NCBI GenBank assembly: GCA_904063045.1
Contig: CAJFCJ010000012.1
Coordinates: 248,001-312,000, forward strand
DNA from: Dimorphilus gyrociliatus
Lineage: Eukaryota > Animalia > Annelida
DNA length: 64,000 nucleotides
Reading direction: 5' to 3'
The position numbers and the translations under genes were made by a program. Within the stretch, counting starts at the first letter, position 1. Each line of letters opens with the position of its first letter. Below, piece by piece: positions 40,882 to 53,597 of the stretch. The notes under the pieces are model-generated. The model searched no databases. It was not told the origin of the DNA and saw nothing but the letters and a program-made list of their open reading frames with translations.

Positions 40882-43365
40882 ATGCTCTGCAGCATGCGTT
40901 CGTCTGCTGTACTACAACAGACAGAAATAAGATCATATAGTCTACCGAAAGATGGGAGCGGAACGTTTGCTAAACTTCAAAAACCGAAAAGTGCTAGTGA
41001 ATTGGATAGAGTCGATAAATCAATATGTCAATGTATAAAACAGGAGGAAATCAATAATTTAGGACTTTATGAAACTCACTTCCCAGAACGTCGACCTGAT
41101 TATGCTAATCCTCTGTGCTTAATCAAATCTCAGTCAGAAGTTACTTTGCCATCTGTTCTACGAGTGGGATCTTTTGTTGATTCCGAATCAAAGTCTCCGG
41201 TTTCGTTTGAAACTATTCTCAAGAAATCTTCAGACTTAGATGCTTTAAAGGAAACGCTCAATAAAGACTTCTTAAGAAGAACGCTTTCTTGCATTTCATG
41301 CAACTGTTTATCAACATCATCGAAATTGTTGGCTTGTTTGCACTCGGTTTGCATTGATTGTTTGCTTCGTCACAGTCCGCCAGAGTCCAGTAATCCATTC
41401 CAGTGTCCGAACTGTTTTGTTTTTACGGATAAAACAAGTTTGACAGCACATACTTTAGCTGAAAGTGTTGGTGAGATAGAAAAGTTCTGTAATTGTGAGT
41501 TGTTTTGTTACGATTGCTCCAATTTAGAGAGCCTACAAAAATGCAGTGCCTGTGGTCAATTTAGATGTTTACAATGTTCAGTAAAGCATTTAAAGGCATA
41601 CAGAAATCATATTGCTATAGATGCAACTGATTTTGGAACGGAAGTTACATTTAGTAGCGCTCGCCAATTGCAAAAAGCTTATTGCCTTTTACACCGGAAA
41701 CCTATCGACGGATTTTGCGCTCGCTGCGACGAGTTAGTGTGTGAAAGTTGCAAACTTCCCACACACTTACGACATCCAATACACAGTTTAGGACTAGCAT
41801 CGAAACCTTTCGAGAAAAAAAGTGAAGTTCTGAGAGAAACTGTTGAAGAAACTCTTAAACCTCATACAAACTATGAAATGTTAATATCCGATTATGAAAA
41901 AGAATTGGAGGAGAGAGTAAGCGAACTGAAAAAGGAGATAAACGCCCATGCACAATCATTGCATAGGAAAATTGAAGATGAAAGGACAATCTTAATGGAA
42001 GAACTCGACATGACGCAACAAAAAGAGAAGTGTAAATTACAAACCAGAAGACGATGTTTAAAGGAAACAAAGCAAACATTCGAAACAGCAATTAATTACG
42101 TTAATGTATTATTGCAATATTCTAATCCAATTGATGTTCTGAATTCACGTCATCAAGTGTGTAGTAGGTTAGAGAGTTTATCTGCAGTTAAACCCCCGAC
42201 AAGCGTTGCTAAGCGGACATTGTATTTCAATCCGACAAAGTCCAACGAAAAGCTCTTGGGAATTTTAGATAGCTATCCAGTGTGGCCTACTGTTCCAATT
42301 TCTAGGGGTTTGAATATGGGCAAGATGCCAAACTCATCTCCGACTGAATTAAAGGGAACTGTCGAATTCAAAAGAGAATTAACATGTGCCGTTCCTCATT
42401 GTGACGATTCGGATCCTGTTGTTGTAGCAATATGCGTTTTAGATGATAATAGTGGATATTTGATTGTAGATAATGCAAATAAATGTATAAAATTGTTGTC
42501 TCGAGAAGGTGAAGTTAAACAGTCAATTGGGAGACGAGGAGAGTACCTACTAAAAGATCCTCGAGACGTCGCTGTTTTACCTCAGGGCCATGTTGTCGTT
42601 GCCGATCAGGATCGTTTAGCAGTCTTTACAAGATTAGGCGATCACGTGATGGATATAAAGCCTTTTTTCGACGTTATAGCCGTGACAGTTAATCACCAGG
42701 GCCAGATATTGGCTCTTGATGGATCTTCCAAGATAATAAATGTCTATAGTCCTGTCAATGGTGAATTTTTATATTCTATACCGGACTCTGTTAGACCAAA
42801 AGTAGTGAGAATTGATGAGACAAAAACTCAGAGCTTTGGTGACGAAGAAGTTCCAACACGTCTGGGAGTACTCTTAGGTATAACTCAACCGTCGAAAAGT
42901 GCACCATGCTCCCCTGCGATTAATAGGAAATCTTACGGACAAGTTTCCGCTGTCGATAGTTTATCTTCTACTGATAGCGGTTGTTCTGATAATTGCTCTG
43001 TTCTACAGAATCCGAAGTTTATGACAGTTTCTAATTCCAACGAAGTTCTTGTCACAGATGTTGCAAATCCGCACATAAAATTCTTTACAATGAATGGAAA
43101 TTATAAAAGATCAGAACAAGCTACGCATCTAATAGGGGTCCTAAAAAAACCTGCAGGCATATGCTGCGATTCCGATGGTTACATTATTGTAGCTGACGAA
43201 GGGTCGCATAGGGTTCATTTATATAGGCCTGATGGAAAATTCCTCCAATATTTGGTAACAAAAAAGGATTGCATTGAGAGTCCTCTTGCAGTTGCGACAG
43301 ATCTAGATGGTTTACTTTTAATATCCCAAAGAAACGGCAAGATTAAAGTGCTATCTTACAGTTAA
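40882..43365 (+). CDS. TRIM-NHL E3 ligase (RING, two B-boxes, coiled coil, six NHL repeats), intronless CDS, 827 aa
   Basis: RING CISC..ACLHSVCIDC..CPNC; B-box 1 CYDC..CSACGQFRCLQC..H; B-box 2 YCLLH..FCARCDELVCESC..H; coiled coil; NHL blades such as PRDVAVLPQGHVVVAD and PAGICCDSDGYIIVADEGSHRVHLY. No filamin domain evident. Confidence 0.92.
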   Translation: MLCSMRSSAVLQQTEIRSYSLPKDGSGTFAKLQKPKSASELDRVDKSICQCIKQEEINNLGLYETHFPERRPDYANPLCLIKSQSEVTLPSVLRVGSFVDSESKSPVSFETILKKSSDLDALKETLNKDFLRRTLSCISCNCLSTSSKLLACLHSVCIDCLLRHSPPESSNPFQCPNCFVFTDKTSLTAHTLAESVGEIEKFCNCELFCYDCSNLESLQKCSACGQFRCLQCSVKHLKAYRNHIAIDATDFGTEVTFSSARQLQKAYCLLHRKPIDGFCARCDELVCESCKLPTHLRHPIHSLGLASKPFEKKSEVLRETVEETLKPHTNYEMLISDYEKELEERVSELKKEINAHAQSLHRKIEDERTILMEELDMTQQKEKCKLQTRRRCLKETKQTFETAINYVNVLLQYSNPIDVLNSRHQVCSRLESLSAVKPPTSVAKRTLYFNPTKSNEKLLGILDSYPVWPTVPISRGLNMGKMPNSSPTELKGTVEFKRELTCAVPHCDDSDPVVVAICVLDDNSGYLIVDNANKCIKLLSREGEVKQSIGRRGEYLLKDPRDVAVLPQGHVVVADQDRLAVFTRLGDHVMDIKPFFDVIAVTVNHQGQILALDGSSKIINVYSPVNGEFLYSIPDSVRPKVVRIDETKTQSFGDEEVPTRLGVLLGITQPSKSAPCSPAINRKSYGQVSAVDSLSSTDSGCSDNCSVLQNPKFMTVSNSNEVLVTDVANPHIKFFTMNGNYKRSEQATHLIGVLKKPAGICCDSDGYIIVADEGSHRVHLYRPDGKFLQYLVTKKDCIESPLAVATDLDGLLLISQRNGKIKVLSYS

Positions 43366-43690
43366 AATTTACTATTGTTTTCTTCGTTAGACAATTTTGA
43401 ATGGACGTTTTTATTCCTAAATTCTTTTCCTATTTGTTATTATTATTTTATATTTCATTTGCATGCAAGCCTCTAGTCTTCCTTCAATACAAGCAACTTT
43501 GCACAATTTACTTTAAATAGCGTTACAATGTAGTTCTGATTGTAAAGTTTGGAATTCGTTTCCAGGAAATACAGTATAGGGAGCCACTAGTACGATCAGA
43601 CGCTATTATCGATTACTCTTGTCTACCTTTGCCAGGTAAGAAAACAGTTGAACGTAGGGTCCAATAGACGTAAAACTTTTATGATATAAT

Positions 43691-43736
43691 AAAAATGGCG
43701 AAATATCGCCAGCTGCAATACGCTTTTAAAATGGCT
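43691..43736 (+). promoter_or_regulatory. Two YY1-like motifs, possible RhoGEF promoter/5' region
   Basis: AAAATGGCG (43692-43700) and AAAATGGCT (43728-43736) in a CpG-richer patch between the TRIM stop and the RhoGEF first coding exon. Confidence 0.3.
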
Positions 43737-45148
43737 GCCTATTATTAAATTACAGTTGTGCCCGGTCGAGAATTTCGTAATCAATAGAAAAAAATTAGCG
43801 TGACTGAATCAGTGATTCACTAGATTCCGATTGGGTGCTTAGTACTCCGAATATTTTACATACTTTTTGTTAATTCTTGGATATAATAATAATTTCATGG
43901 TAACATAGGCTAGATTATCAAATGTAACGATTATAAAAGTCTTGGTAAGTTGATAACTTGATAATATTTAGTCGTAAGCCATATTTTTATCGGTTAAGTA
44001 GAAAGAATTCTATAATTCTTTAACAATATTCAGTTAATAGGAATAATGAAGGATAGTTATAACAAATATTAAGTAAATGAATAATTACTGACTGATATAT
44101 TAGATTAGAGAAAATATTTAAGGATACGCGTCCAAACAAATATTCTGTAGTTTTGTATTGAAGCTATCAAATGTGCAGTGTATAAAGTTGGAATAGAATT
44201 TCACGCGAATTTCGGAACACGTGTTGCATATGTTTTCGTTGCTATAGAAACTGTAAATATACGTTTGTAAATTGTTATTTATATAGGGGGGGTATGTTTG
44301 TGACAAAACCGATCAGAATCGATTCAATTTTTTTTTCGCCTGAAAAACATACATAATCGGCATTCTTTCCTTGGATTAATAAATGCCTATGCCTTTTTTT
44401 TAACTGGAGGCGGTTTACTTACTAAAATATTCGTAGAATATATTAGCCGATCAAGGTTCGTTCTAATTATTTACATAGAGTAGGAAAATGTTACAATTCT
44501 AACTTAAACGTAGTCTGCTACGAGTTTTTAAATTTAGTTACAAATAATATTAATATATAGTGCAGTTCATTTTATAAATTTCTTGCAGATACAAAATAGG
44601 CCTTAGTTTAGAAGAATAGTTTTAGTCTGAAAATTTCTAGTCTGACATTATTTGCAATTAGTGTTAAAGGCAAAAAATTGCATAAACAAATATCTTGTAT
44701 ACTGTGAGTAAATTCCTAACCTATTTTAGCCTATATTGTATTATTAGTAAGAAATATTCGCTAAACATCTCAAAAATAGAAAAATTTTTGTGTTTTATTA
44801 TTAGGGTTTGTAATATAGTTGATATTGATTAGTAGTGAGTTTGTCAACATACTGAGTAAATTCATTTTGGTAAACACAATGCCAAAAAAACACGTTTACA
44901 AGTAATGAGTACTTGTTATATACTCAGTCTATGTTTTATTTTAATAATGTAAGCTTATCCAGGTATGTCAAACCTTTCTACTATGTTTTCCAGTAAATTT
45001 TTAGAAAGAATAGAATGTTTATGTTTGACTCTATACAACTATATATATAAGAATACTTATATAGCATAATTAATAGGGTTTTAATTTTATAATAAAGTCT
45101 TTTATTTCAGATTCTTTTAAAAGTATGGAATTTTTGGGTAAATAGAGT

Positions 45149-48100
45149 ATGTCTGGATTTGATGATTCGAAATATGATCGAATAAACGAGTCCAATAGGA
45201 AATTTAAGGAGGGTAATATGGATTGCTATAAAGTAAAACCTTCACATAGCTTTGACCTTCAAGATATTCAAGATTGCGCAGGCGGTAATAAATTACGGAG
45301 CTTCAACGGATCCTTAAAATCAGACTCTGGTAAAAAGAGAAGGAAATTAAGGAGTACCGACTCTATCTATAGGCAAATTAAAGAGGAATGTAAAAATGAA
45401 GAAAAAGATATTGATGTTAGACAAAGAGTAATTAAGTGGTTTGTTGAGTCGGACAGGTCGGAAGATGATATTGAAAGATTGTCAAATTTGACATCTGAGA
45501 TCAAAGGTAGAAGGGAGTCTAAGAATAGAGAATTGGTTTGCAAGAGGGCCCCAAAGTTAAAAGGTCTTGCCGAACCAATTCCTGTCGCGCCTCCTCGAAG
45601 GAAAAAAACTAAGCCTCATATAATGAATAATAATCAGGCAAACTCGTTAGAGAAGAACGCTATTACGGAGAGTTTTGACGTCAGCATTGACTTACCGGAT
45701 CCTATTTTGAGTGATGGAATGGAGAGCAATCGTCAAAGCTTCGATTCTGAACTATTGACTGAGGATGCTTTGAGAAAATTGTCTGAAGCCATTGCAGCAG
45801 ACGACGTCGACGACGAAACCTTTAACGAAGTTACAGATTTACCAAAACCTCTATTTACTGAAGATGATTCGTTTTCTCCTGAAAATCCTAAGGAAAATAC
45901 TATGAGGAAACCACCTACAAAACCAAAACCTTCTAAAAACAAATCAACTGACTGCAATGAAATAGAAAATAATAAACAGGATTCAGTTAAAAAACCCGTT
46001 AATAAACCCCCTGTGAAACCAAAACCATTAATGAAAGCAAAGCATGTTAGCGAAGATGAAGACGACGTTAAAACACCATCTTCAACGGAACGCTTTAAAC
46101 TAATTGTCCGATCCCATTCCGAAAACAGTTTGTTAAAAATTGATAATAACTCAACCGAAAACGTATCAATTTTGAAAGAAACTACTCACAACAACAAAAA
46201 CACTTCGGAAAATATTGCAGAAAGATTTGAAGTAATAGACCCTTATAAACCAAAACTGTCTGCTAGCACAAATTGTAAAATTCCACGTGAAAAGCCTACT
46301 ATTAAACCTAAGCCTAAAATATTAAGTAAAGATGTGAGGATTACTCCGAAGATAGCGGATGATTCAGCTTTTCAAAAAACAAATATGCAAAAAACCGAAC
46401 AAAGCTCTACGGGAAGAGCAGATTCACTTTTGAAAAGCGATATATTTAAGAAATTTCTCAAGAGTTCAGCGATTCACGAACAATTGGAAAAATTAATGAC
46501 AAAGGAAGAGATAATTAAGACTAAACTTAATAAGCCAGCGAATGTGCCAAGTTTGGATTTTAGTGATCTTAATTCAGATTCAAACGAAAAGGAAAGAGAA
46601 AATGATGACAAAAGGCCAGCTACACCGAGACCTGTAAGCGTATCTAAAAGTCTTGACTTAAAAGCAAAAATTCATATTCCAACCTTTGAGGAATTTAAAG
46701 AAATGAGGAGAAAAGGAGATATTGAAAAGAATAAAAAATTGCAAACTTATACCATTGAAGAGGATGACGAAAACGTGGAAACGCCTAGATCTAATAGGAA
46801 ACCACCCCTGCCCCCTACAATTAATAGAAAAGGAAGTCGCAAGGACACCGCTGAAGACAGACCACCTCCTTTACCACCGAGAACTTACAAGGAACAGATG
46901 TCTGACAATCATATTTACGAAGTCATCGGGGATTTAGACAAGTCAGACAGTGAAAGCGATGACTCAGCATTTTGTGGTAGTGATAAACGATCCTTTGAGG
47001 ATATGAAAAAAATTAGTAGCTTAGAGAATTTAGAACAGTACACCAATATTGAAAAGGTACGTAATATATACATATTTTCTATAATCTTCCTTATCAGTAA
47101 TGGAATAATGAATTAAAATGGATATATTATATATTATATGGAAATAATAGAATTCTGGCTAATTAATTCAGTCAAAAGCTAATAAAAGTAATATGCTTTT
47201 CATTTCTACTATGATTAGTTCCATATGAGTTCAAAGGCTGTTTCAAGATCTACAAGTGACGTATCAGAAATGAAAGCTTTAGAGGAAAGGAATAAAAATA
47301 TAAGGGAAAAGAAAAATAAATCAAATAAGAGCGATCCTTTTTCCGAATTACTCTATTCTGATACAGTCTCTAAGAAACCAGATTTAAATTCTGTTGAAGG
47401 TAATAACTATATTTAAATTATTATTCATATATTCCTTATTCATATAAAGAAGAAGTATATGTAAATTTTTTAATACTTAGTAAGATGTATTTTCAGTTTT
47501 AAGATATAAAAATGACACTAAAATCGACGAATTAAGAATTTCTTAAATATTCTATCATATAGCTGTATATTGACATTTCGAAAAAACATAGATTTAATAG
47601 ACGAGAAGTCTTTAAATATTTTATAATGATTTAAATAATTTATAGGTTTATTTGTAATCTTTATAAAAGAGTAAATGTCAATTTTACAATTTCATTTTAC
47701 CATACATTAATAAATATTCATGGAATTAGGAATTATATTAAGTTAAAAGAAAACTCTCTTCTCTATACTCTATATTTAAATATATGGATTTAGGGCAGAA
47801 ATTTTAGATTTATAGTCTTTTTTCTTTTATATGACAATCTCTTACAGACTCTGAAGATGGAGATTCACCGGTGAAGAAAGGTCTAAACTACCTTCAAGAA
47901 ACAGGTGATGGAAAATTGTGCATTGCTAATGAACAGGTGCGAGGCGAGGAATTTTCTTTAGAGTGTTCTCTTTTTTATATATTTATTGAAATAAACTTTT
48001 CTTTGATTTTCTTTAATAGATACCTACAGCTCCGCCAAGAAGACGTCGTCCATCGACTTCCTTCTTTTCAACAATAAAGAGCTTTAGAAATTCATTTAAA

Positions 48101-50370
48101 AAAAGAAGACATAGCTCAGGACAATACTTTCCAAATAAAAACTCATTCGAAACTGTTAATGATGCGGCAAATGCAAATTTACAGGAAAATTCCATTTGTG
48201 AGAGAAATAGATCACATAGTTTAATCTCGTTAAATAGTTCTGTAAGTTTTCTTAATAAGTGACTATAAGTTATTGATTATTCTTCAACTATAAGTGCTAT
48301 ACATTGACTTTATTGTTTTCGTTTTGTTTATATATCCGTTATTTTCTTTTTTGTTCGTTATTCTTTCAAGAAATCACTAATTGATTTTCCGTAATAGATA
48401 CTACCTGATATTCTTGAACTTTCACCATCTGTCTCTCTTGATATTAACCGATCGTCTATAGTAAGTTGAACATATTTTTTTTCATTTCAATATTAATAAG
48501 ATTTATAATTAATATTAATTTTTTCCCCTTCTCTTCCTTTGAATTTGTTAACACTTAGAACATAAAATCCATATCTTATGCTATTTAAACAGGATGATAT
48601 GTGCAAAGATTGTGGTAATTCGGCATCTAATGATAATTGTGATAGTTGTACTAGAAGAATAATGGAGAGAAAAGAAGCTATTCTTGAGATATTAAATACT
48701 GAGAAGAGCTTTGGCGAAATATTAACTATATTAAATTGTGAATTTAAAGTACCCCTTAAGAAATCTCGTTTATTAACCGATGAACAAATTAATCTAATCT
48801 TTAATAATCTAAATCAAATTATCGATATAAACGAAAAATTAACGAAAAAAATAGAATTTGCTGTCACGCAAGGCTTAGACGAAGGCGATGAGGTAAGATA
48901 CTTTGCTTTAATTTCTTTTCTTTATTATAGCGTTAGTAAACAATTTATTTATTATTTATACAGAATTTGAAAGATGTTTGTATTGGGAGTATATTTTCAA
49001 AGAATTCTGCTCTCTTCCTAGCCTACGATGCTTATTGCAATGGTGCGAGTCAGTCTGCAATTCTCTTGGAACAACTGCAAAATCAAAAAGTATTACTAAA
49101 GGTATTTCTGGCTGCATTACAGGATGAGAACGAGTCTACTAGACGAATGTATTTAAAGGATTATCTCATTCAGCCTGTTCAAAGAATAATGAAGTGAGTA
49201 TATAAATTAATTTCGACTTGTTTCATTAATTGTGCTAATTATTGTGCGAATATACAGATATCCTCTCTTACTGAAAAGGGTAGAAAAACGAACACCCTCC
49301 GATCATCCTGATAAACTTCATTTACAAGAAGCTTATCGAAAGATTGACCGTATTTTAAAACATATTAATTCGGTAAGTTAGCCATAAGATAGCCAATAAT
49401 AGTACGATTGCAATAAATACATCTTTTAAATTACAATTTAGTCATCAAAGGGATCGATCTCATTAAGAAGAAAGTCAAAACAATCCGAAGCTCTTAGGAA
49501 AATGCTAACTGAAATTCAAGACATGGGAGAATCGAAACGATTCGAAGTTGTACTAGATAGTCTTAATACAACTGCACAACAGTGCCATCTGGTATATTCA
49601 ACTGCTCTTTCTCAAGCGTTTATCCACGAATCAGATTGGATTGATAAAGTTGCAAATATCAAATTTATTAAAATTTTTGGTTATCTCATTCAAAGGAACG
49701 ATGGTAAATGTTTCCTGGTGTTAGTAAACGAAGAAATTGGTAGAGATGGAATACATACATTGATACGAGTAAGTAAGATTTTCATAATAAAACGATAGGG
49801 TATGATTGCGAAAATGTTTATTAGTCTGAACAGTATCATACGCCCGTCTAGGATTAAATGAATCATCATTTTGAAAATATTTATCTGTTCTCCAATTGTG
49901 TTTATTGTTAAAAGTAGAAGCATGTGCTTTTGATATATATTTCTAAACGTGTTGTTTTAGATATAGAATGTCAAATGTATAATATACAGTTATATATATA
50001 CACTGAATTTATAGTTTTTAGGCATTCTTAATTGGTAATTGCATGTTATATAACTATAAATACCTAAAAAAAATAGCTTCATCTATTTATACATTTTGCA
50101 GTCTCCCATTGATATGGAAAGATTAGTTGTAACAGAAATAAATAACTATGTTGAAATACAAGACGTCACCGAAAATGAAACAATCGCCTTTAAAGTAATC
50201 CAACAACACATATAATTGTTTGCAAATTTTTTAGATTTCTTTTATTATTTCTGCAGGCATTACAAAAAGAAGACACTGAAAACTGGTTAAGATTTTTAAG
50301 AGAAAAATCATTAAACGTTGGTAAATGGAGAGGAAGAAGAGGAGCTATAATGAAATTATATTTTGATTAA
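45149..50370 (+). CDS. Dbl-family RhoGEF (long disordered N-terminus, DH and PH domains), about 11 exons
   Basis: DH motifs ERKEAILEILNTEKSF, FNNLNQII, YDAYC, YLIQPVQRIMKYPLLL, TPSDHPD. PH-like exons follow (SPIDMERLVV, ENWLRFL) and end KWRGRRGAIMKLYFD* at 50370. Splice phases are consistent. Confidence 0.88.
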
Positions 50371-52233
50371 TTGAAGAATCTCCTCGAAAATCTATTATTT
50401 TCTTTTAAAAACGTTAAAAATAAGCTTCAGTGCCATGAAAAATTCAGAAACATTTACCGTCCAACCTGCTTTAGAGATTGGTGCTAACTAGAAAAGAGAA
50501 TAAATTGTAAAGGTAGATGAAATAAGAAGGATTGATGTATATAAATTACCATTTCTAGTCACGCCACAAAAGTTATATAATGATGAAACTGAAAGGTAGA
50601 TAATTAAAACATCCTTTTGAAGTTAAAAAAAAATGTATCATTATATCTTCTTTTTTTCCCCCCAACTTTTGTCAACTTAAAGAGTCTCTGTTATACATTT
50701 CTGTCTTTCTTTTTGTTATTATTATACTATATTCTGTTTTTTCTGTTTTTGATACATAAATTTTTATATGTTAATAAAGAAAGTTCAATGAAAGGTAAAT
50801 TGACTAGTACATATTTCGACACCTTATTGCCTAAATAGACAGCCAAGTGTTTTTGATCCTTCATCAATCTACTCACATTCCGAATTATGACCTTAACGTT
50901 ATTTTTTTTCCAAGTATCTGGATATTAGTAAAAGTTCCCTAGAGTTTTTATAAGTTGACTTATATTTAGATAAAAGATAGAATGCTTTAAAAATAATGAA
51001 TTTATTTTAAATGGAATAAGGCGTGGGTTATATATTTTACCTTTTCTTACTGTAATTTATATTAGTATAAAGTATACTAATATATATATATATAGAATAT
51101 ACTGCAAATAAATTTTACTGTAAACGTTTACATTGGAGATAGTTAATGTAAAAAAGACTTAATTACGTATAGGAAGAGTACTATTCCTGCTTTCTCTCAC
51201 TCGTAGACACGCACATTTTTTCTTAATAAACAATAGCTGAGTTTCTGTAATATTAAAATATTTATATTTCTTTAACAAATAAAAGAAATAAAAATATTGA
51301 CAAAACAAAATTCAGCCAAAATTGACTTTTAATGGTATTTTTCTTTATATTATTAATTATCTTTATTTAAATAAAACATTAAATAGTTGTTTATATAAAT
51401 AAACTTAATAAACTTACTAAGTGAATGTTTTTGCCTAATATGCAAAGAATCGAAGACTATACAGAAATATTTTATTATAATTTAGGAAGAAATGCACGTG
51501 GTGTCTGAGTCTACAATCGGTCTGGTGCTGAGATTGTTCGACTAGCTCGTGCCGATAACTGCAAAGTTGAAAAGAGTAAAATATTTCTGTTTGGTTCGTT
51601 GGTTAAATAAATTTATTTTCCATTCAGAATTGTTCGTATGTTTTCGTTTACATTGCAATAAAAAATAAAAAACTTATTATAAGGTAAGTAGGTTGTTCTT
51701 CTTAGAAAATGATTGATTCAATATCTAGCCAAGCATGACTATTTTATCTGTTACTTCTTCATAACATGCCCTTTTAATAAACTATAATAAATTGCTGCTC
51801 TTAAATTCTCTCTGATATCCTTTACATTCTTTTCAAGCAGATTAAAGTACATAATGATTTTACTAAAGCAAGTTTGCAATCATTACCTACTTTCCACCCC
51901 ATCACTTTTATACGAATTTCTTTCAAAATAACACTTGAAAACCCAAAGTAATCTAACTTACCTTTTTACCCCATCGTTTTCGAAACGAGGAACGCCCTTG
52001 CTCTTCGCTATATCCTGCGATTTCTTTACTTAGTGGTTTCTGTTGATACTGTCTGTCTTCGGGCACGAAATTCGAGATAGATTCAAAAGAGAGCAGCATT
52101 TTATTGCCGAGATAGCCTCTGTGCAAAGGTAAAAAATAATTTTCGTACAAACAACTTGGATATGTTTTGACAAGTAGCATAGTCGAATGAATTAGGTAGA
52201 ATTACTTGATCAAGAAATAATAATCGTTTGCAG

Positions 52234-52512
52234 ATGGAAGAATCTGTAAGTTCTTCGGAGCAACGTTCTAGTCCAACAGCGACTATTCTCACGAACAAAC
52301 GTGTTACTTTCTCAACTAAAACTCAAGAATGCGTATTTACCGCCACCGAAGATGAGGAAGAAGATGACGATGTTAACAGAGACCTAAATAGAAAGGAAGA
52401 AGAATGTGATTTACAGGATGAAAGTGAAAGGTATGAACAAACATTACTTTGGATAAGAAAACATTCCGAAAAAGCTTTTGAAAATGGAAAAATTTATCAT
52501 CATGAAGCGTAA
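52234..52512 (+). CDS. 92-aa acidic small protein with an RVxF (KRVTF) motif
   Basis: ATG immediately after an acceptor (GTTTGCAG|ATG); upstream consensus donor AAG|GTAAGT at 51684; protein-like biased composition. No recognisable family. Confidence 0.55.
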   Translation: MEESVSSSEQRSSPTATILTNKRVTFSTKTQECVFTATEDEEEDDDVNRDLNRKEEECDLQDESERYEQTLLWIRKHSEKAFENGKIYHHEA

Positions 52513-53597
52513 ATGTCCCGTGGGGGCTTTAACACTGACAAACATTATTACAAACTAAGTGATAAACAGATGAATAGAAGTAATATAGGAAAGCACTTGA
52601 CAACTTTTATGTAAAGGGATAGTTCAAGGAAGAACTCCTATTTAATAAAGAAATAGTCTAAATAGGACATTTAGAATAGTATATATACAGTTTATATATT
52701 AATATAATAAGAAAAGATCCGAATAGAAATTTAATATTTTTTATATAAAGAAGAATTAATAATCTCCTAATTTTTCTACAAGTGTAATAAGGAGATTAAT
52801 AAAAAGGCAATAAAAATTTGTACAGAGAACTCTATGTTCGAATTTTTTATCCAACAAATCAACAGTAAATTCATCTATTTCTAATCATTCAATTAAAGAA
52901 AAGGAGAGAAAATTACGTTGAAAGAGATGCTTGATATCTTCAAGAGTATTTTTTATAGGCCTTTTCCATATAGATATAATTTTAGACAATATATAAAATT
53001 AGGTATATATATAGTGGTTTTGAGGTAGGCAATGTACGAATGTTTATAGAATTCTTCGAATATTCCTGGAACATTGCGCATGCATATAAACTGAAAGAGA
53101 AAGCTATAGCGATGACCTTTATACTGTGTTTTACACTAATAGAATTAAGTTTAAATCATCAACTTATAGTTTAAAATAACAGGTTGTTCCATTCTCTTCT
53201 CTTTTATCTATTGTTTTGTATTGTTTCAGCTAAATGAAAATTCTTTTGTTTTAGTTTTTTATTTTACAATTTCCTAGTAGCTTGCTATACAGGAAGAAAG
53301 TTTATTTCTATATATTCGATATTAGTAAAACGCCATCTGTTGCATATGCTGTTCATTATGATAAAAGATAGATATAAAGACGCGAAAAAAATGACCTTTT
53401 TCATATTACATTACATTGAAGAACTTATTGAAAATTTTCTAGGCAAGATATAAATATTTTCCTAGAAAGTCTTTTAATTAGAAAAGAGATAAGTTTTCAA
53501 TAGTTTAATGAAAGACATTGCAATGAAATCCCCACGGTGACTGTATAGAGAAAACGAGGCATTTTCACCAGATAATATAATTGTAATCGAAGAACCT

